A DNA stretch of 63,415 bases, filler included, from Sphacelaria rigidula (GCA_964200075.2; 10 parts of 10 records of this genome joined end to end with filler, not necessarily neighbours in it), one strand, 5' to 3'; positions 38,400 to 52,317 are shown, counted from the first letter of the whole stretch. Notes: generated by a model not told the origin, from the sequence alone. A program made the numbers and translations.

Positions 38400-41300
38400 G
38401 TTTATCTTCCGCGCACTGGGTGGCAAACCAATAGTGTCCGCAAGTTCGTGAATCTTCTTGCTCAACCCCCGACCATGTTCGTGGCTGCTCTTCCCTTCTC
38501 GACGTTTTGCGCGTTTTTCCTCGGCATTCATGGAGATGATCGGGTCAGGATTTGATTTCTGGAACTCGCGATCGCTGTGCGATAAGACATATCTTGGTGT
38601 CGCCCATGTGAAGAGAGTACTAGGTCCTCTGCAAATGCCACTCTCCCTCTACAGGAAGCCCCCGTAACATCCCCCTTTTGGATATTGCCGAAACCGATAC
38701 TCCCACTCAGCCTCCGAGTTACACACGACCATCAAGGTTCGTGACAGCACGATAGACCCACGGATGAGGCAACCGACTTCCAACCGTGGCCCGCTCCTGT
38801 CGAAGGTACTATGTTCAGAGTGCACCAGCGTGCACCATGCGATAATGTGAATCCAAGGCTTGTTTTTCACGTGGAATAATTAACCTCTGGGGAGTAGGGG
38901 GGTAACACTGTATCTGAGAGGCCTTCTTCTGAGCAACAAGGGCGAAAAATAGGTCAGGCGGGTGTCATTCAGGGGGACGGCGATATAGAAACATTGGGAA
39001 AGCACCGGCGACATGATCTATCGACACCCCGGTGAATATACCATCACCAGCATATGCACTGTGTTTGAAGGCTTGATTCCTAGGATGGGAAATGCCATCC
39101 CCTGTCGCCGCGCGTCACGTCTTAGATTGGGCGAGGGAAAATTTTCGGCTTTTGAGGAGAGAAAAAAGCGAAGATCAATTGAAAGGAGTGCTTCGCGCAA
39201 TTAAGTGAGGGTCCTTATCCTAGCTTGAAGCTCCAGCCTATGGTTTGGCGTGGTGTTGTGATGTGGACAGCGGGCTGGAAGCAGCGTACATTGGAACCGA
39301 GCGAACAGAAATGCCGCGAGAGTGTGTGGTCATCGAAATCACCCGTGCTTCGAACTAGGTTTCAATTGAGCATGTAACCGAAAACCTTGTAGCGTCATCA
39401 GGGCATCAAATGGATATCCCTCATCGGCGGGCAATCAAGAGAGCGAACTACTTTCATCCGGAGTACCTAGCGCGTGTTTTTTTTCTCGGTATATCATGGG
39501 CCGTCAAAAGATATTCGATTTACGGAGAGGCGTCAGAGGATGGATACAGACTGATTCAGCACCGTAGTCTACGGAGGGAAGAGACTCGAAGGGTTCGGCA
39601 TCGGCGCGACTCTTACCACATTCATTCAGGGCAGGCCATATGTCACTTTAATTTCTCCAGGGTGTCGAAAAGATCTGCCCAGCGTGCAACCTACGTCGTC
39701 AACAAGTCTGCGGGGTTTCGTGCGAAAGTCTGCAACCACAGTCTCCCGTTAACGGGCAAAACGTAGGCATTTGTGACAACACGGTAGCGGTAAAGCTGTC
39801 CCATCAGAATCACCGATACTGCCCGAAAATCCGCAGTATCATCGTCAAAGATAAGAAACTCGAGCGCGGAAGCAGGCCGACGGTACATGACGAAAACGCT
39901 CTTATTTCTCCACTGTGCCGTAAATAGCTTCAGTCACGACGTCGACCCGAAATGACCCAGACTCACCCACTCCTCTGGTATTGAATGGGGGGATTTTTAG
40001 CCCACGCCTAGCACAAATGATAATCTATCAAACGTGAAGTATGTCAACATCAGCACTACATCATCACAAACAACGTAAACACTACACTGCGATAGACGGG
40101 GTCTAATCTGGCTTTTGCAAGCACTTATTTCCTTGCGGTTCCCGTTGGCCATGTTGTAGTTGACGACCCAATTTCCGAGCACTATGCCGTTCCCAGTGAA
40201 TCATACAAACTATAGAAACCCCTAGTATAGATGCGAAGCTTCGAATCGTTGCATGCATCCTCCAGTACGTATGCCGCTCTTTTACACACACCGGCTCCCA
40301 CTCTACACGAGTGAAACAGTACGTGAGCAACATCCCGCCATCGTGCCCTCCCCAACTACACCCTCACCCCAACATCCCATCGAGGTAGTTGGAAACGAAG
40401 GTAGTACTGTCGAGCTGTTGACCGCAGATACCTTCGTCACGACCTCCAGTACCCTTCCCGGGTTCTTTTTATCCTTGTCTCTTTCACGCCGCCAACGCTC
40501 GCGATTTCCGCCAGTGCTATATTTGATTGATACAGCTCGAGTGATATTAGTCTATATTTCTTGTACACATGGAGCCCTAATCTCGCCCGTCCGCGAGGAC
40601 GAAGTGCCGGTCAAACCGGACTACACCCGCGCCTTTGACCCGTCGGCTTTTCAATATTGCTTGGTGACGATGGTAACGTGAAATACGCGGTACGGTGGCG
40701 GTGGCTCAGGGATTTTCAGAGATGCGCTGAGCGATCTCCGCCCCCGCACGCGCTGCTGGGTCGGGTGCACATGTGGCAGGTGCTTCCAACTCCGAGCTGG
40801 TAAATTCCCCCGATGATTCGGCGGTCTTCACGGATAATACACCATTCTCCCCTCCTTCCTGGCCTCGTTGAATATTGTCCACGCCATACTCCTCGTTTTC
40901 ACCGAGCGGGTGACATTCGTCGTATGATACCGGACGGGAAATATTCTTCACGTACACGAGTTTCTCTGGGACGCGATTTCCGCCTGTTGATGACGATGTG
41001 CCGAGGTCGGGCTCTTGATACGAAGGGGAAAGCTGCCCAGCCGGTGCAGTCGACGCTACCTCCACATTGACCGTTTCTTGACCGCTCGGACCGGTCACGA
41101 CTGCTCCCATTGTTTGAGAAAGGTGGTTGGGAGAAACCGATCGGCTCCTTGACTCGGAGTCGAGGAGTTGGCGCAGGGGTGACTGCGACCTAGTCCATCC
41201 TTGCCGCGCTCGCGGGGAGCGTGGTTTACCTAGTGATGCGGAGTTTTGGTGAAAATAGGACGTTCGTAGTGCGCAGCGGTCGTAGGTGCTCGTTTCCATC

Positions 41301-41650
41301 GTAATATAAGGTGAGGAACAGAGGGGTGCGTTGCAGACAGGATGGACGAAGCAAATAACATTCCATCATTTGAAAAGGATGAGACCGCTGGTCGGTTGTC
41401 GTCGGTCTCAAAGAGCCCAAGAACTATTTCGTGCTCCGAAGTATGTGGATTAGATTCATATTTCGCTGGACTTATGCGTTCTGATACACTCCACCAAAAT
41501 CGAACAACTATGGATCGCTTTCGATTAAGCATTCTAGGCTCTGAACCCAATCTTACCGAAGCGCGATTTCGACTGCGGGGCATGATTCCCCTCAACTACA
41601 CAGCTTTCTCAATTTATCGGGCATCCACTCTTTCCCTACGGACATAGCAA
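38400..41650 (-). mobile_element. Decayed Ty3/gypsy pol remnant (RT-RNase H, upstream low-complexity linker)
   Basis: Degenerate ordered motifs GRLWLQTFARNPA, DLFDTLEKLK*H and TPNHRLELQARIRTLT*LREALLS (cf. RNase H ELEA..W..LR..L). Many stops; boundaries approximate. Confidence 0.45.
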
Positions 41651-41689
41651 CATGGCACAGAAAACATATTTGTGTTGAAAACCTCTTTG

Positions 41690-44090
41690 TCTCCACACCG
41701 CGACAAGCCGTTCCTCTCGGGGTGCGCGGCGTCACGAGTTTGAAGCACAAAAGCGAACCCGAATGCAAACTAGACAGTAAAAAAACGGCCAAATCTCATG
41801 TGTCGAAGAAAAATGAGCATGTTGCTGGCGGGTGGTATTCCATCGCAGCCTGATATTGTGCGGGATGCCAAACACACGGTCGTGTTCAAGACATGCACAG
41901 AAAGTCCAGGAAACGGTGTGCACATAGATACATGGAACAAGTGCTGTGGGGTTTTATGTCGCGAGATCGAAGCACTACCGTCAACGTTGCCGCTGTCGAC
42001 CAAATCCCATGTGTGAGCGAATAATGAGCGGATTTCTGGCGGGTGCTGTTTCATCGGACGGGATACTGTTGGCAATATGCGGTGCATGGTTGTGTTGAAG
42101 ATATCGGCAGAAAGACGGCAAAACCTAGGCGCGTTGCTGGTGGGTGGTGTCCTATCCCAGCGTGATATTGTGCGCGATATCGAACACATACGGTTGTGTT
42201 CAAGACATGTACAATACGGCCAGGACACAGTGAGAATATAGATGCACGGAAAATTGTTGTCGGGCTTGTGTCCCGAGATCGAAGCACTACCGCCAATCTT
42301 ATTGCTTGAAATGTCGGCCTGAAACGGCATGCCGTGCTCCTATCCCTACATCGAGTGATACAGGAGAGGGATGTGGATCGAGTTGTCTACTACTTTGCTG
42401 TGATGCTCCAATTTCGAGACGCCGTGCATTCGGGGAGACGTGGTTCACTGCTGTATGTAGACTGTTTATTTTTCTTGCCGTTGGCTCTGTAAGCACGCCA
42501 ATCGATTACCTACGACGCGAGATATGACCGGGCACGGCTAGAGTACCGTGGAGCAAAGGCACTAAGACGTCGAAACCCAAGTTCAATTCTCGGATTGTTC
42601 ACCACGAGACGGTTGGAGTGCTGGGTGTGCGCAGGCACGTTCAAATGGGGCTGTAGCACTACGGTAGCCGCAGCCCCGCGCAAGTATAACACAAAAGTAC
42701 ATACCATCTGAGTCTGAGACGCGTACTGCATCAGGCCTAGATTAACGCTTAGTGAAAGAGTAGTGGTAGCACATGGAGAAGCCTTCGAGAAGACGGAAAG
42801 CTGACAACTCGTTGTATTACTTGGTGAAGAGGCCTTGCTGTTGAGCTGCTAGTGGGCAAGAGTCGTTATTAACGGTACACATTTTTTCTGATCTTTTTTT
42901 ACTTTTTAGAATTTTTCTGATTGAAAACAAATGCTGAAAAAACCAAATGCTAGGTTTTCCGATGAATATGCAGTCACTCTTGAATTGATCTATTGCTTGG
43001 CCTGGTTGAGAAATCTGTAGTCATAGTTTTTGGGGAGGACACTTTTTCCCTCGAAAAACTCGGAAAACGCTGAAAAAACAGCCTCGTTAATAACGACCCC
43101 AAGCTGGGTTTTGAGGAGAGAGAAGAAGCTCCCATATTACGACTTGGACTCTAACACACAATACACTACGTACGCCCTTCACGAATGCGCCTACCCATAC
43201 GGTCGATACCACCATGAAAAGTACCCCAAACTCCATTTTAGCTCATTCAAATCGAGAGCAAATCCGTGGAAATGCTCGATCACTTGCTTTTAGAGTGCAC
43301 ATGGTTCGCAGAAGGTTTCAAGGGTCGGACGAATAACAATCCGACCGAGAATCACCTGCCTTTGGTGTAAATGATGCATATACCATACGAATCAATCCTC
43401 GGGCTTTGTTTTCAGCGTTGCACCACGGGTACACATACCCCACGCGCGTGGAATAGCGCGAAACATACAGAGACTGTTTTGACCTGCGGCCACCTATTTC
43501 CTCTCTGTCGAGCAATCAGACCTCACAAATTGCTGTTCTGATGATTTGAGCCAGCGATGATGCCCAACCCTTGGAAGGCTTGTTACGTCACGTTGACGGT
43601 AGTGCTTCGATCTCGCGACACACGACCAACTTGAGCACGATGCGCATCGTCCCTGTGTCCTGAGCTGATTGTATGTGTCTTGAACACGACCGTGTGTTCG
43701 GTATCGCGCAAAATACCACGCTGCGATGACACAACACTCACCTGCAACACGTGTGTTTCTCGCTTAACACAGAGGATTTGGTGTCCAGTGTGTGTACGGG
43801 TTTACAGTAGTGCTTGGATCTCGCGACACACAGCCCCACCTAGTACGATGCATATATCTACGTGCTCGCCATATCGCTGTCTTTGGGTCGATATCTTGAA
43901 CACGACAGTGTACTGTGTATTGCCGACAATATCGCGTACGTGGCACTTGCCATCAACTCGCTCATTTCGCTCACACTTGGGATTTGGTCGTTTTTTCACC
44001 ATCCATTTTGTGTTCAGGTTTGCTGAGGCGCTTCAATCCCGTGACGCCGTGGATTCCGGGAGACATGGTTTGCTGAGGTGTACAGACTAC
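41690..44090. mobile_element. Pair of long modular inverted repeats (41690-42300 and 43590-44090) around a ~1.3-kb non-coding core
   Basis: TCGCGAGATCGAAGCACTACCGTCAACG and CACACGGTCGTGTTCAAGACA on the left are reverse-complemented on the right. Each arm has two to three ~200-bp subunits. Confidence 0.7.
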
Positions 44091-45793
44091 TTATGCCTCT
44101 GGTTTAAGGTCGCAAAATCTACATACGAATCAAGATGATAAAAGTCGAGCACACCGAGCAGGTGGGAACCGCAACGGTTGAGACCGTTTCCGGTGATGTC
44201 CGTATGAGGCGCTTCGTGCAGTCTGAAATCGTCTATCGTGCGCTGCACGGCTATCATTTGTGACAGATCTAGGACGGGTTTGAGGGGGGGGGGGGGGGGG
44301 GATTGGGGCATCAATCTTCCGCACGGACGTTCATGACGACTATGCGTTGAGTATTGGGTGCANNNNNNNNNNNNNNNNNNNNNNNNNNNNNNNNNNNNNN
44401 NNNNNNTTAATTAATTAANNNNNNNNNNNNNNNNNNNNNNNNNNNNNNNNNNNNNNNNNNNNCCAACTCGTCTGTGTCGATGAGATATTGCTGTTAGAGC
44501 TTAAATCCGTTTCTAGGCTGGCCCAGCTCGTACAGTATAAGGGTAACAACACGCAAACAGATCATAATCGATTTCAAGTAGGGAGCAGGCAATGACGCGC
44601 CAGGTGCATGGGTATTGTCGCACGTCGAAACGCGGACCGCCTCCAGCACGAAAAGAAGAAGAAGCGGTAGCAGCAGCAGCAGCAGCATCTTTATTGCCAG
44701 TACATGTGTACGGTTGGGAGTGGGTCTGAATCAGCCGGTGCCGATGCTGCTGCTGATGCTGCTGCTGCTGCTCTTCATAATAGAGCCTCCGTGTTTCGAC
44801 CGTGCGACAACACCTACGCACCTTGCGAGTGATAGCCACCGTCGTGCTGGACAGCGCTGGTATGTACTACCCGCCGATGGGCGCATGCTTGCTTACTCGG
44901 CGAAGTTCTGGGAGATATAGCTGTGCGCATCTCTCTGGGAGCTGTGCACGTGGAGTGGATCTCCCACGCGTGGCTACTGCTGGTGATGGCATTGAACCCA
45001 CCATGGCTAATGCTAGTAATGGGATCCCAACCGCCTGTCCCAGTAAGTGCTAAAAACACTGTTGGACTTCTGCATTGTGTACGCAGTACATTTCTATTCA
45101 TGTAGTCTACCGTCGATTCTAAAATGTTCTAATAACACTGTTGGACTTCTGTGTTGAGTTCAGTCTTTTGATATTCTTTTTTTTTTGTCGCACTTGAACT
45201 GATCCCCCAGGGGTCTAGCCGTGGTCTCGTGATGGACGTACCCAAGAAAAACAAAACTGAAAAACACTCTGGTAAAAACAAAAGGAACAGAAAAAAAAGG
45301 AGGGGTCGAACAGAACGACATAGCAAACTAAGTCGTGACAAAAAAAAAAGAGAAATGAAAAAGTCAACACAAGCAAAGCACAGAAAGGAAAGTCTACTGT
45401 TCTGTTTTGTCCATGATACCGTAAAAAAACGAAACTTTCTGTCACAGATTTTTTGTCACAGTTTTTCTGTCACAAGAAATGAATGTGACATGAGAAAAGG
45501 TCCGACAACACCATTTTCCATGCTGAAAATAGGAATGTATGCATGCATGCATGTAATCATCAATGTATGCATGGATGTATGGATGTTATTAGGTAGGTAG
45601 GCGGGTAAGGAAGCACGCGGTATAGGTGTATGGAGAAGTTAAAATAAGATTCAGGTAAGTGTTACGTCTCCGCAAAGTACGAGTAGTGTGATGGTAAATC
45701 ATCCTCCTTTCGTTTAGTGCAAAGCCCTTCCGCAATCCCCGTTCGTTTTGGCGGAAAACGGAGTTCGGGGTGGTAGAAGGACCACAAGCCTAA

Positions 45794-47095
45794 CTAGGAC
45801 CGTCTATCCCCCTTCCCCGAATCCACTATTCTAGCCATCGTTCTCCCAAACGTTCGCAATCGCTTTTCATCCTCCTCCTCTCTGTTTTCTCCCTCATCCG
45901 GTTCTTGTTTACCTTCGACCGGAACAGAAATGCCTTTACCAAACCTTCGGAGTCGTATGAGGTCCTCATCGTCGCCATCTGCCCCCCCCATCTTCATACC
46001 TGTATCCCCGGGTTCCTGCCCCTCGATGCCCAATTTTGCCGAGACCTCCGACATATTCTGGCCAATACCGCCTACACCGCTAGTAGTGCCGGGCTCTGCA
46101 GGGTTCATGGTTGACTCCTTTTCGATAGATCCCACGGAAGTACTCTCTGATTGTGGGCCGCTTTCCAGATACCTACCCGGAATATCGGACACCCTGACAG
46201 ACCGCACAGAATGAGTCTCTGATGATGGGTCATTTCCCTCAGGTATCCCCAAGTAATCTGATGAGGTAATCGTGTCACTGCCATCACTATTACTACTGCT
46301 CCCAACACTACCGCCGCCGCTACTCTTCGCAAATTTGGGCTTGGAAACGGTAACACTCGATCCGAAAAGATCACGCAACCGTGCCAGTTCATCTCCATCA
46401 CCTTCGCCATCTTCCGGCTTTCCGCTGTCATCCTCGAGAGCGTTCTTCTTACCATCATCAACCCCGCTCACCCCCGCGGTTCCCGAGGACCCACCGACGT
46501 CAGATACCCTCTTCAGCGTCGTAGATGCCTCCTTCGTTGCTTTTTGCGGAATATCAATCGATTTTGTGGATGTCTGAACCACATCCGGCATGACTTCAGT
46601 CCCCGCCGCCCCGCCAATACATTCAGCACCACCAGCACCACCAGCGGTAGCACCACCAGCGGTAGCACCACCACCAGCAGAACCCGCATCGCCGGCAGAT
46701 TCAGGGCCCACATCGCGAGATATGCCGTCCAGATCACGCGAGGCGGAAATACCATCACCTCTCGGTAAGCTCGAGGCTTCAGACGTGACGCGAGTGTCAC
46801 CCGATTCCGATTTTACTCCTCGGTGCTGCTGTTTTTGCGCCAACTGCCCCTTGCCCTTCCCGCCTGCGTTTACACCGCCACCAATTTCGCCGCCTACACC
46901 ACTGGAGGAACTCTTCAACTCCATGCTACTTGTTTCCGATGAAACTTTTGCGCTACGCCCCGCGTCTGAGCTGGTGTCGCCCTTGCCCAAGGCTTCCCTC
47001 AGATTCTTCGCCAAATTATCTCGCTCCTTCGGGTTCATTGTCTTCACACGGTCGGCCTCTCCAATCCACTCGGACGCCAAGTCTCGCTCTTTGTT
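45794..47095 (-). CDS. Terminal exon of an unknown low-complexity (G/S/D/E-rich, probably disordered) protein
   Basis: 1.3-kb open frame after a TAG acceptor, ending in TAG; repeated D/E-rich-LxRLRxxFG-like segments; in frame with the exon at 47620-47796. Confidence 0.8.
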   Translation of the reverse strand, partial: NKERDLASEWIGEADRVKTMNPKERDNLAKNLREALGKGDTSSDAGRSAKVSSETSSMELKSSSSGVGGEIGGGVNAGGKGKGQLAQKQQHRGVKSESGDTRVTSEASSLPRGDGISASRDLDGISRDVGPESAGDAGSAGGGATAGGATAGGAGGAECIGGAAGTEVMPDVVQTSTKSIDIPQKATKEASTTLKRVSDVGGSSGTAGVSGVDDGKKNALEDDSGKPEDGEGDGDELARLRDLFGSSVTVSKPKFAKSSGGGSVGSSSNSDGSDTITSSDYLGIPEGNDPSSETHSVRSVRVSDIPGRYLESGPQSESTSVGSIEKESTMNPAEPGTTSGVGGIGQNMSEVSAKLGIEGQEPGDTGMKMGGADGDDEDLIRLRRFGKGISVPVEGKQEPDEGENREEEDEKRLRTFGRTMARIVDSGKGDRRS

Positions 47096-47259
47096 CTACC
47101 GGTGGGAGGTCAAGGGGGAAGATCAAGGGGGGAGGGATCGAGTCGGGGTCTTACCACTTATCACGACACTACCAAGATTTTGGGAGTCAGCATAGTGCAT
47201 TATTTGTACGTTGGTTTCAGGCTGCAGACAGTCAAGACAATTTTTCAGCAACCAACAGA

Positions 47260-47290
<31 letters not shown>

Positions 47291-47619
47291 CAACAACAGT
47301 AACAGTCATTTCGGTTCATCAGTCACCTGCCATCAACCACAACCGTGACATCAAGAAGAGGCGTCAACCTGTCGCTATAGACACGGCGACGAACCGATTT
47401 CCTCAGCAACCTTTTGATCTTCTTCTCCGTCAGTCACGCGTTACTTCAACAACGATAAGTGACTTCAAGTGTCCTCGACCTTCCGCATCCACCCACCCAC
47501 ACTCACGAAACGAAACAAGAAAACCTCTTCGGCTTATCAGTCACCTTCCACGAGTTATACCATGCACACTAATCAATAACCTCATAAGTCATCAGTCTGC
47601 AACCACAACAACGACTGAC

Positions 47620-47796
47620 CTCAACGAGCTTCTCCCCCTTGCTCCAGTCCACCGTGCCTCCGCCCTCTTGAGTCACCACGAGGTGCTTCGGCACGCCCTT
47701 ATTAATCTCGCCACCACCTCCGCGGGACTGCTTACCCGACAACTTTTTCTTGCCGCGTTTTTTCTTCGAACTTCTAGACCCTGTGCTAGCTTTACC
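47620..47796 (-). CDS. Upstream exon of the same unknown protein
   Basis: TCAG acceptor and GAG|GTCAGT donor; 59 codons GKASTGSRSSKKKRGKKK...DWSKGEKLVE, phase 0 to the next exon. Confidence 0.7.
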
Positions 47797-48711
47797 CTGA
47801 GGGATATTCGACGTGAAATAGTGGTGGGTCAGGCGGGGAAGGAGGGAAGGAGGGGGCGGGGTGGGACGTTGAGAGTTGAGTTATTCTATCTATATCCGCG
47901 GACCGATAACAAGGATACAGTTGAGGGAGCCGATCGGGGATAGGCACGGCTGCAGCTGATCCAGCTGCTTGCATATTGTTACCACTGTTGTTTTTGGTGT
48001 TGGTGTTTCATCATTATTATTATCCTATATATGAGTAACATAATGTCGCTGCGCTGTATGCTGCAATCAAGTCGGTGGTGTCCGGATTTCCCATACTGTA
48101 TCCAAGTCACCAATTATCATTTTCGGTACATTATTTTACACCAGACGCTCGGAATGAAGAGGAGGAAATTGTCGCTCTTCTCGATCGCCCTGCACAAGCA
48201 GGCCGAAAGATGATCCGTGGTAAACGGTCAAGTTGTATGTTTACTAAAAGAATCTGAAAACCCGGTAGCCTGGACACTGCAGATACGACGCACTGCACCC
48301 ATGGACAGCGATTCAGTGTTTTTTGTCAGAATCACAAAGCACTGTACTGTCACCTAAGCTGGACACCAATCGCCCAATAACGGGGGGTCCGACGCACGTG
48401 CGCTACTAGAACGCAGTAGAACCCACTGCGATGTACGCTGGTGACTGGTGGAACAAGCGTAGTGCGCTGCTGTCGAACGCTTTGTCCTCTGACTGCCGGG
48501 TGGTTGTTCCCCCCTTGGGTTTGAAATTGATTTGTATATTGTGTGCTGAGCGCCGGACGTTCGCTGGAAAGGAGGTCACTTTTTTTTCCAGCTTTGAAGC
48601 ACATTGTACAGCCCCCAGGGACAGTGTTGGACATCGAACATTATACGGGCTGTATTGATCTTCACACCGCTGATACAGCCCGAGCTGATACCTCCATCTT
48701 AGTGCTTCTAA

Positions 48712-48816
48712 CCCTTTGACCGCGAAGGTTTGTGATCTGGTTCTCATGTTCACTGTTCAAGTGCAGATGATACCGACTCTGCAGATGACAGATGACTCAC
48801 CTTGGCACTCAAAGGG
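48712..48816. mobile_element. piggyBac-like miniature element (105 bp)
   Basis: CTAA|CCCTTTGACCGCGAAGGT ... ACCTTGGCACTCAAAGGG|TTGA; each flank is one mismatch from TTAA. Confidence 0.6.
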
Positions 48817-50129
48817 TTGAACACAATGTACAGTATGCATATACGCCTCACAAATCGGTGTTTGGAATTCACACTAAAACCAAATCGGACCAACAGACCC
48901 CTACCAAGTGGTGAAATTCACTGCAGCAAACACCCATTTTCCGTAAATGCTGTGCTGCGAATGCACCCTCACAAGAAGGGCACGAATTACGAAGAGACAA
49001 ACGATTATGTTTGTGTACCCAGACGTGCAGTAAACCCAAGGTGAATGGCGTGGCAATCGCTCGAGCGGACAACATATCACAGAGACTGTATTGTACGCTT
49101 CTGTTGAGTGCAGCTGTTCGCTGCGCGGTTCCCAGAACCGAAGGGGTGTCAGGAGGTCTGAATCAGAGTTAATTTTGTGCGTGTCTCCATGCATCGTGTA
49201 TGATGTGTACCCAGCCACACAGAAGCCAAGGTAAAGGGCGTGGCGTGTACTAGAAAAGACATCACCGTGGTGACTGCAATATGCGGTTCTCTCTGATGCA
49301 ATTGTGGTGTGGATGTCTCGACGTGTTTGCTTGGGTTGATTCGTAAAGGTATAACGTCGTTCATTCATCTGATTCAGTCACGCCCGTTGACATATCCAGA
49401 CCTGTCTCCAACTGCGGAACAGTCGCCCGTGTTCCCGGAAAGCGGTAGCTGGTGCACACAGACACTACAGTGTAGCTGGTCACGATGTAGACTTTACGGT
49501 TGATTCGAACGGTGGTCAGTACTAGAGTGCAGCACAGTACAGTACCGAGGTCGTGCATTCCACGGCGGTGTTGTCGGCACCGTCTATTTCACACCATCGC
49601 GACTCTGGGGTTCAAGGACACCTCGTAAATGGTACATGCAGATGCTTAAGGCATGACACACGGACTGGAGGGTTGAGCCCTAGAAAAAATTGCGGTAGCC
49701 GATACACAGTACAGTACAGTAGTGCGGCTGGTTACAACGCAAATTAGACGGCTCGAACGATGGTCACTGCAACAGTACAGTACAGTACAGTACAACAGTG
49801 CAGTACCAAGGCGGTGAAGCATGCAGCGTAAAGTAGTATTTACAAAGTACAACACAACTAAAAGGCAGAAGAGCATAATACAGCCAACTAGATGCTGTCT
49901 GTTCCTGTGTGCGCCACGGTCTCCCTGAGTTCCCCGTCCGGCTGGGTACACACGTGGCGGCGCTTTTCAGACCATGATTCTTGATTCATCGGAGGCATTT
50001 TTTTTAATCGAAAAAAAGGGGCTGTGAAAATTTGATTTCAGCGAACTCCTCTCATATTTCTAGAGTTGGGTCCAGGCAAATTTTGTGGTTTTCGATCGAC
50101 AAAAGCAAGCGAAATTCGTAAAGCGATAC

Positions 50130-50320
50130 TTGGTTGCTTGTGAACAGTTCAGTCTGTACTGTTTGCACAACATGCAGGGTGTCTGTATGTGTCTGTGCGT
50201 GTTTCGTACAGTAAAATGTGAACGAAAAGCAGGCAACGTGCAGTACAGACAGCGGAGACTATCTGTTCTTTCTGCTTGAATTACAATGAGACGTGAAAAG
50301 GACTCGGACAACGAGCAGTC
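50130..50320. repeat. Dispersed repeat; reverse-complement copy at ~60635-60790
   Basis: GGCAACGTGCAGT(A/G)CAGACA...CAATGAGACG..AAGGACTCG..CAACG..CAG shared between scaffolds. Confidence 0.7.
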
Positions 50321-50646
50321 AATCACATTTTCAAAACATCGGAGTACCATGTTTAAAGAATATAAAGTTGTACGCTTTTCTGATCAGACCCGCAACAACA
50401 TAGGGATACGAAACACGAATCGAAGTTTGAACTCTGGAAGCGTGGAGCCTGTCGGCCTGTCTGATGATGAGTCACGCCACATGGAGCACTTGCAGCTGCT
50501 AGAGTGACTGCAGGAAGCGCATAAAAAATTATCGCAACTTTATGCGCGTTTCAAGCATATCAAGCCTTTTACGACCTTGAAAAAAAACATGCTTGAGCCA
50601 GGAGGTAGCGCGGAATTTTTTTCGGACATGTAGCCGCCCTCATACG

Positions 50647-50687
<41 letters not shown>

Positions 50688-51468
50688 TTTCTTTTTTTTT
50701 TTTTTTTTTTTTTNNNNNNNNNNNNNNNNNNNNNNNNNNNNNNNNNNNNNNNNNNNNTTAATTAATTAANNNNNNNNNNNNNNNNNNNNNNNNNNNNNNN
50801 NNNNNNNNNNNNNGTATTAGCTCCCGACAGCGATGGACGCCGAGCACGCAGTGTAGCGGGAAGGTAACGCTTTGGCTTCTCGGACACTGCTGTCATGTGT
50901 TTTCTGTTCTTGTACAATGGATCTGAGAGTTCTCCTCGATAAGTCATTTCAGGTAGCTCATGAGCTGTCCGACGTGTACACCCTTGTGACGTAACGTTTG
51001 TGACGTGTAACGTGTAACGTAAAGAGCCAAAAAAAGTGGGGTAGAGTAAATACCCGGGTATGATATCCGGGTAATCAAGAGTACATACCCTACCCAACAT
51101 GATACCCTTGCAAGATAAACCACGTGCCCGAAGAAAACAATTTGAAGCACTCGCCGAGGAAAACCTGAGGGAAGGAAGCATCTTGATTGATTGGTTGATT
51201 GATATGACTGATTGTCGAACATTAACTGATCCTCGTGGGATACAGCTCTGGCCATTATCCACACGAAAGACGTACGTACCCAACGTCGCAAACAAAAACA
51301 GACACACTCGCTGAGGGAAAAACAACAAAAAACTAAAAAAGGGAAAAATGAACGAACGTATCGCGTGAAAACAAACGGAGGAATACGTATAAAAAAAGTA
51401 TAAACCGAAAAAAAAAAATGAAGCAAAAAGCGGGAAGTAAAAAAGCAAAGAAAAACAAACACCCGTAC

Positions 51469-51669
51469 CTTTGCAATCTCCATTAGCTTGCGTTCCCTAG
51501 CCGCCGAACCCCTCTTCCCGGAGATGAAACCGAAAAAAACGAACTCGTTGGACAAGAAGCCCGACACACTGACCGCCGCTACGGCAGCGCATGCACCGGG
51601 CACCGGAACAACCCTCACCCCCTCTGCCGCGCAGGCGGCAGCGAGCTCCATGCCGGGGTCAGAGATTCC
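51469..51669 (-). CDS. rsmI: rRNA small subunit 2'-O-methyltransferase I homolog, exon
   Basis: GISDPGMELAAACAAEGVRVVPVPGACAAVAAVSVSGFLSNEFVFFGFISGK...; TAG/GTACGG, 67 codons. Confidence 0.93.
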
Positions 51670-51770
51670 CTATGTGAGGCGGGGACAAGTATTTGTGACA
51701 AAAAACAAGCCAAAAAAAGCATACACCGGCAGCGACACGACACGCGACATGCACATTTCAAGAAAAGCCG

Positions 51771-51818
51771 AACACACGCACACGCACACGCACACGCACA
51801 CACACACACACACACCCA

Positions 51819-51889
<71 letters not shown>
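51771..51889. repeat. (CA)n microsatellite; other long SSRs: (CAA)n 26178-26234 and 32990-33063, (TG)n 11807-11833 and 21842-21874
   Basis: Directly visible simple repeats, mostly intronic or at element tails. Confidence 0.97.
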
Positions 51890-51892
<3 letters not shown>

Positions 51893-52317
51893 GGCAGATG
51901 ATAGTAAATTGATGGGCGTGTGTTCTATTGGCGTGTTCGAAAGAGAAATTTGCGTACCTCGTGTGTGGGAGGGTTTTTCTTCACTCAACAATGTACCGCA
52001 AGTCGCTGAGAGGCAGAGAAGAAAAAGTAAAAGCACACAGTGTGGTGCGGTGGGGTGCGGTGCGGTGCGGTGCGGTGCGGTGCCGAACGCGTGAACCGAA
52101 CAAGAAAACATGCGCAGGAACGAACTCGACTTGAAGAGAGACGTGGGGGGTTCTCAATTGATTCATTCATGCTCGTAACCTTGAATGTACAGAGAATTTA
52201 TGGCAGTGTTCTAGACGAGGGTCTACACGGTGGTCGGCATCCACAGAAGTCAACTAACGTGGGTGGGGGAGTATGCCTGATCCAACATATGCAGCCGAGT
52301 GTAACAAACTGCCAATA

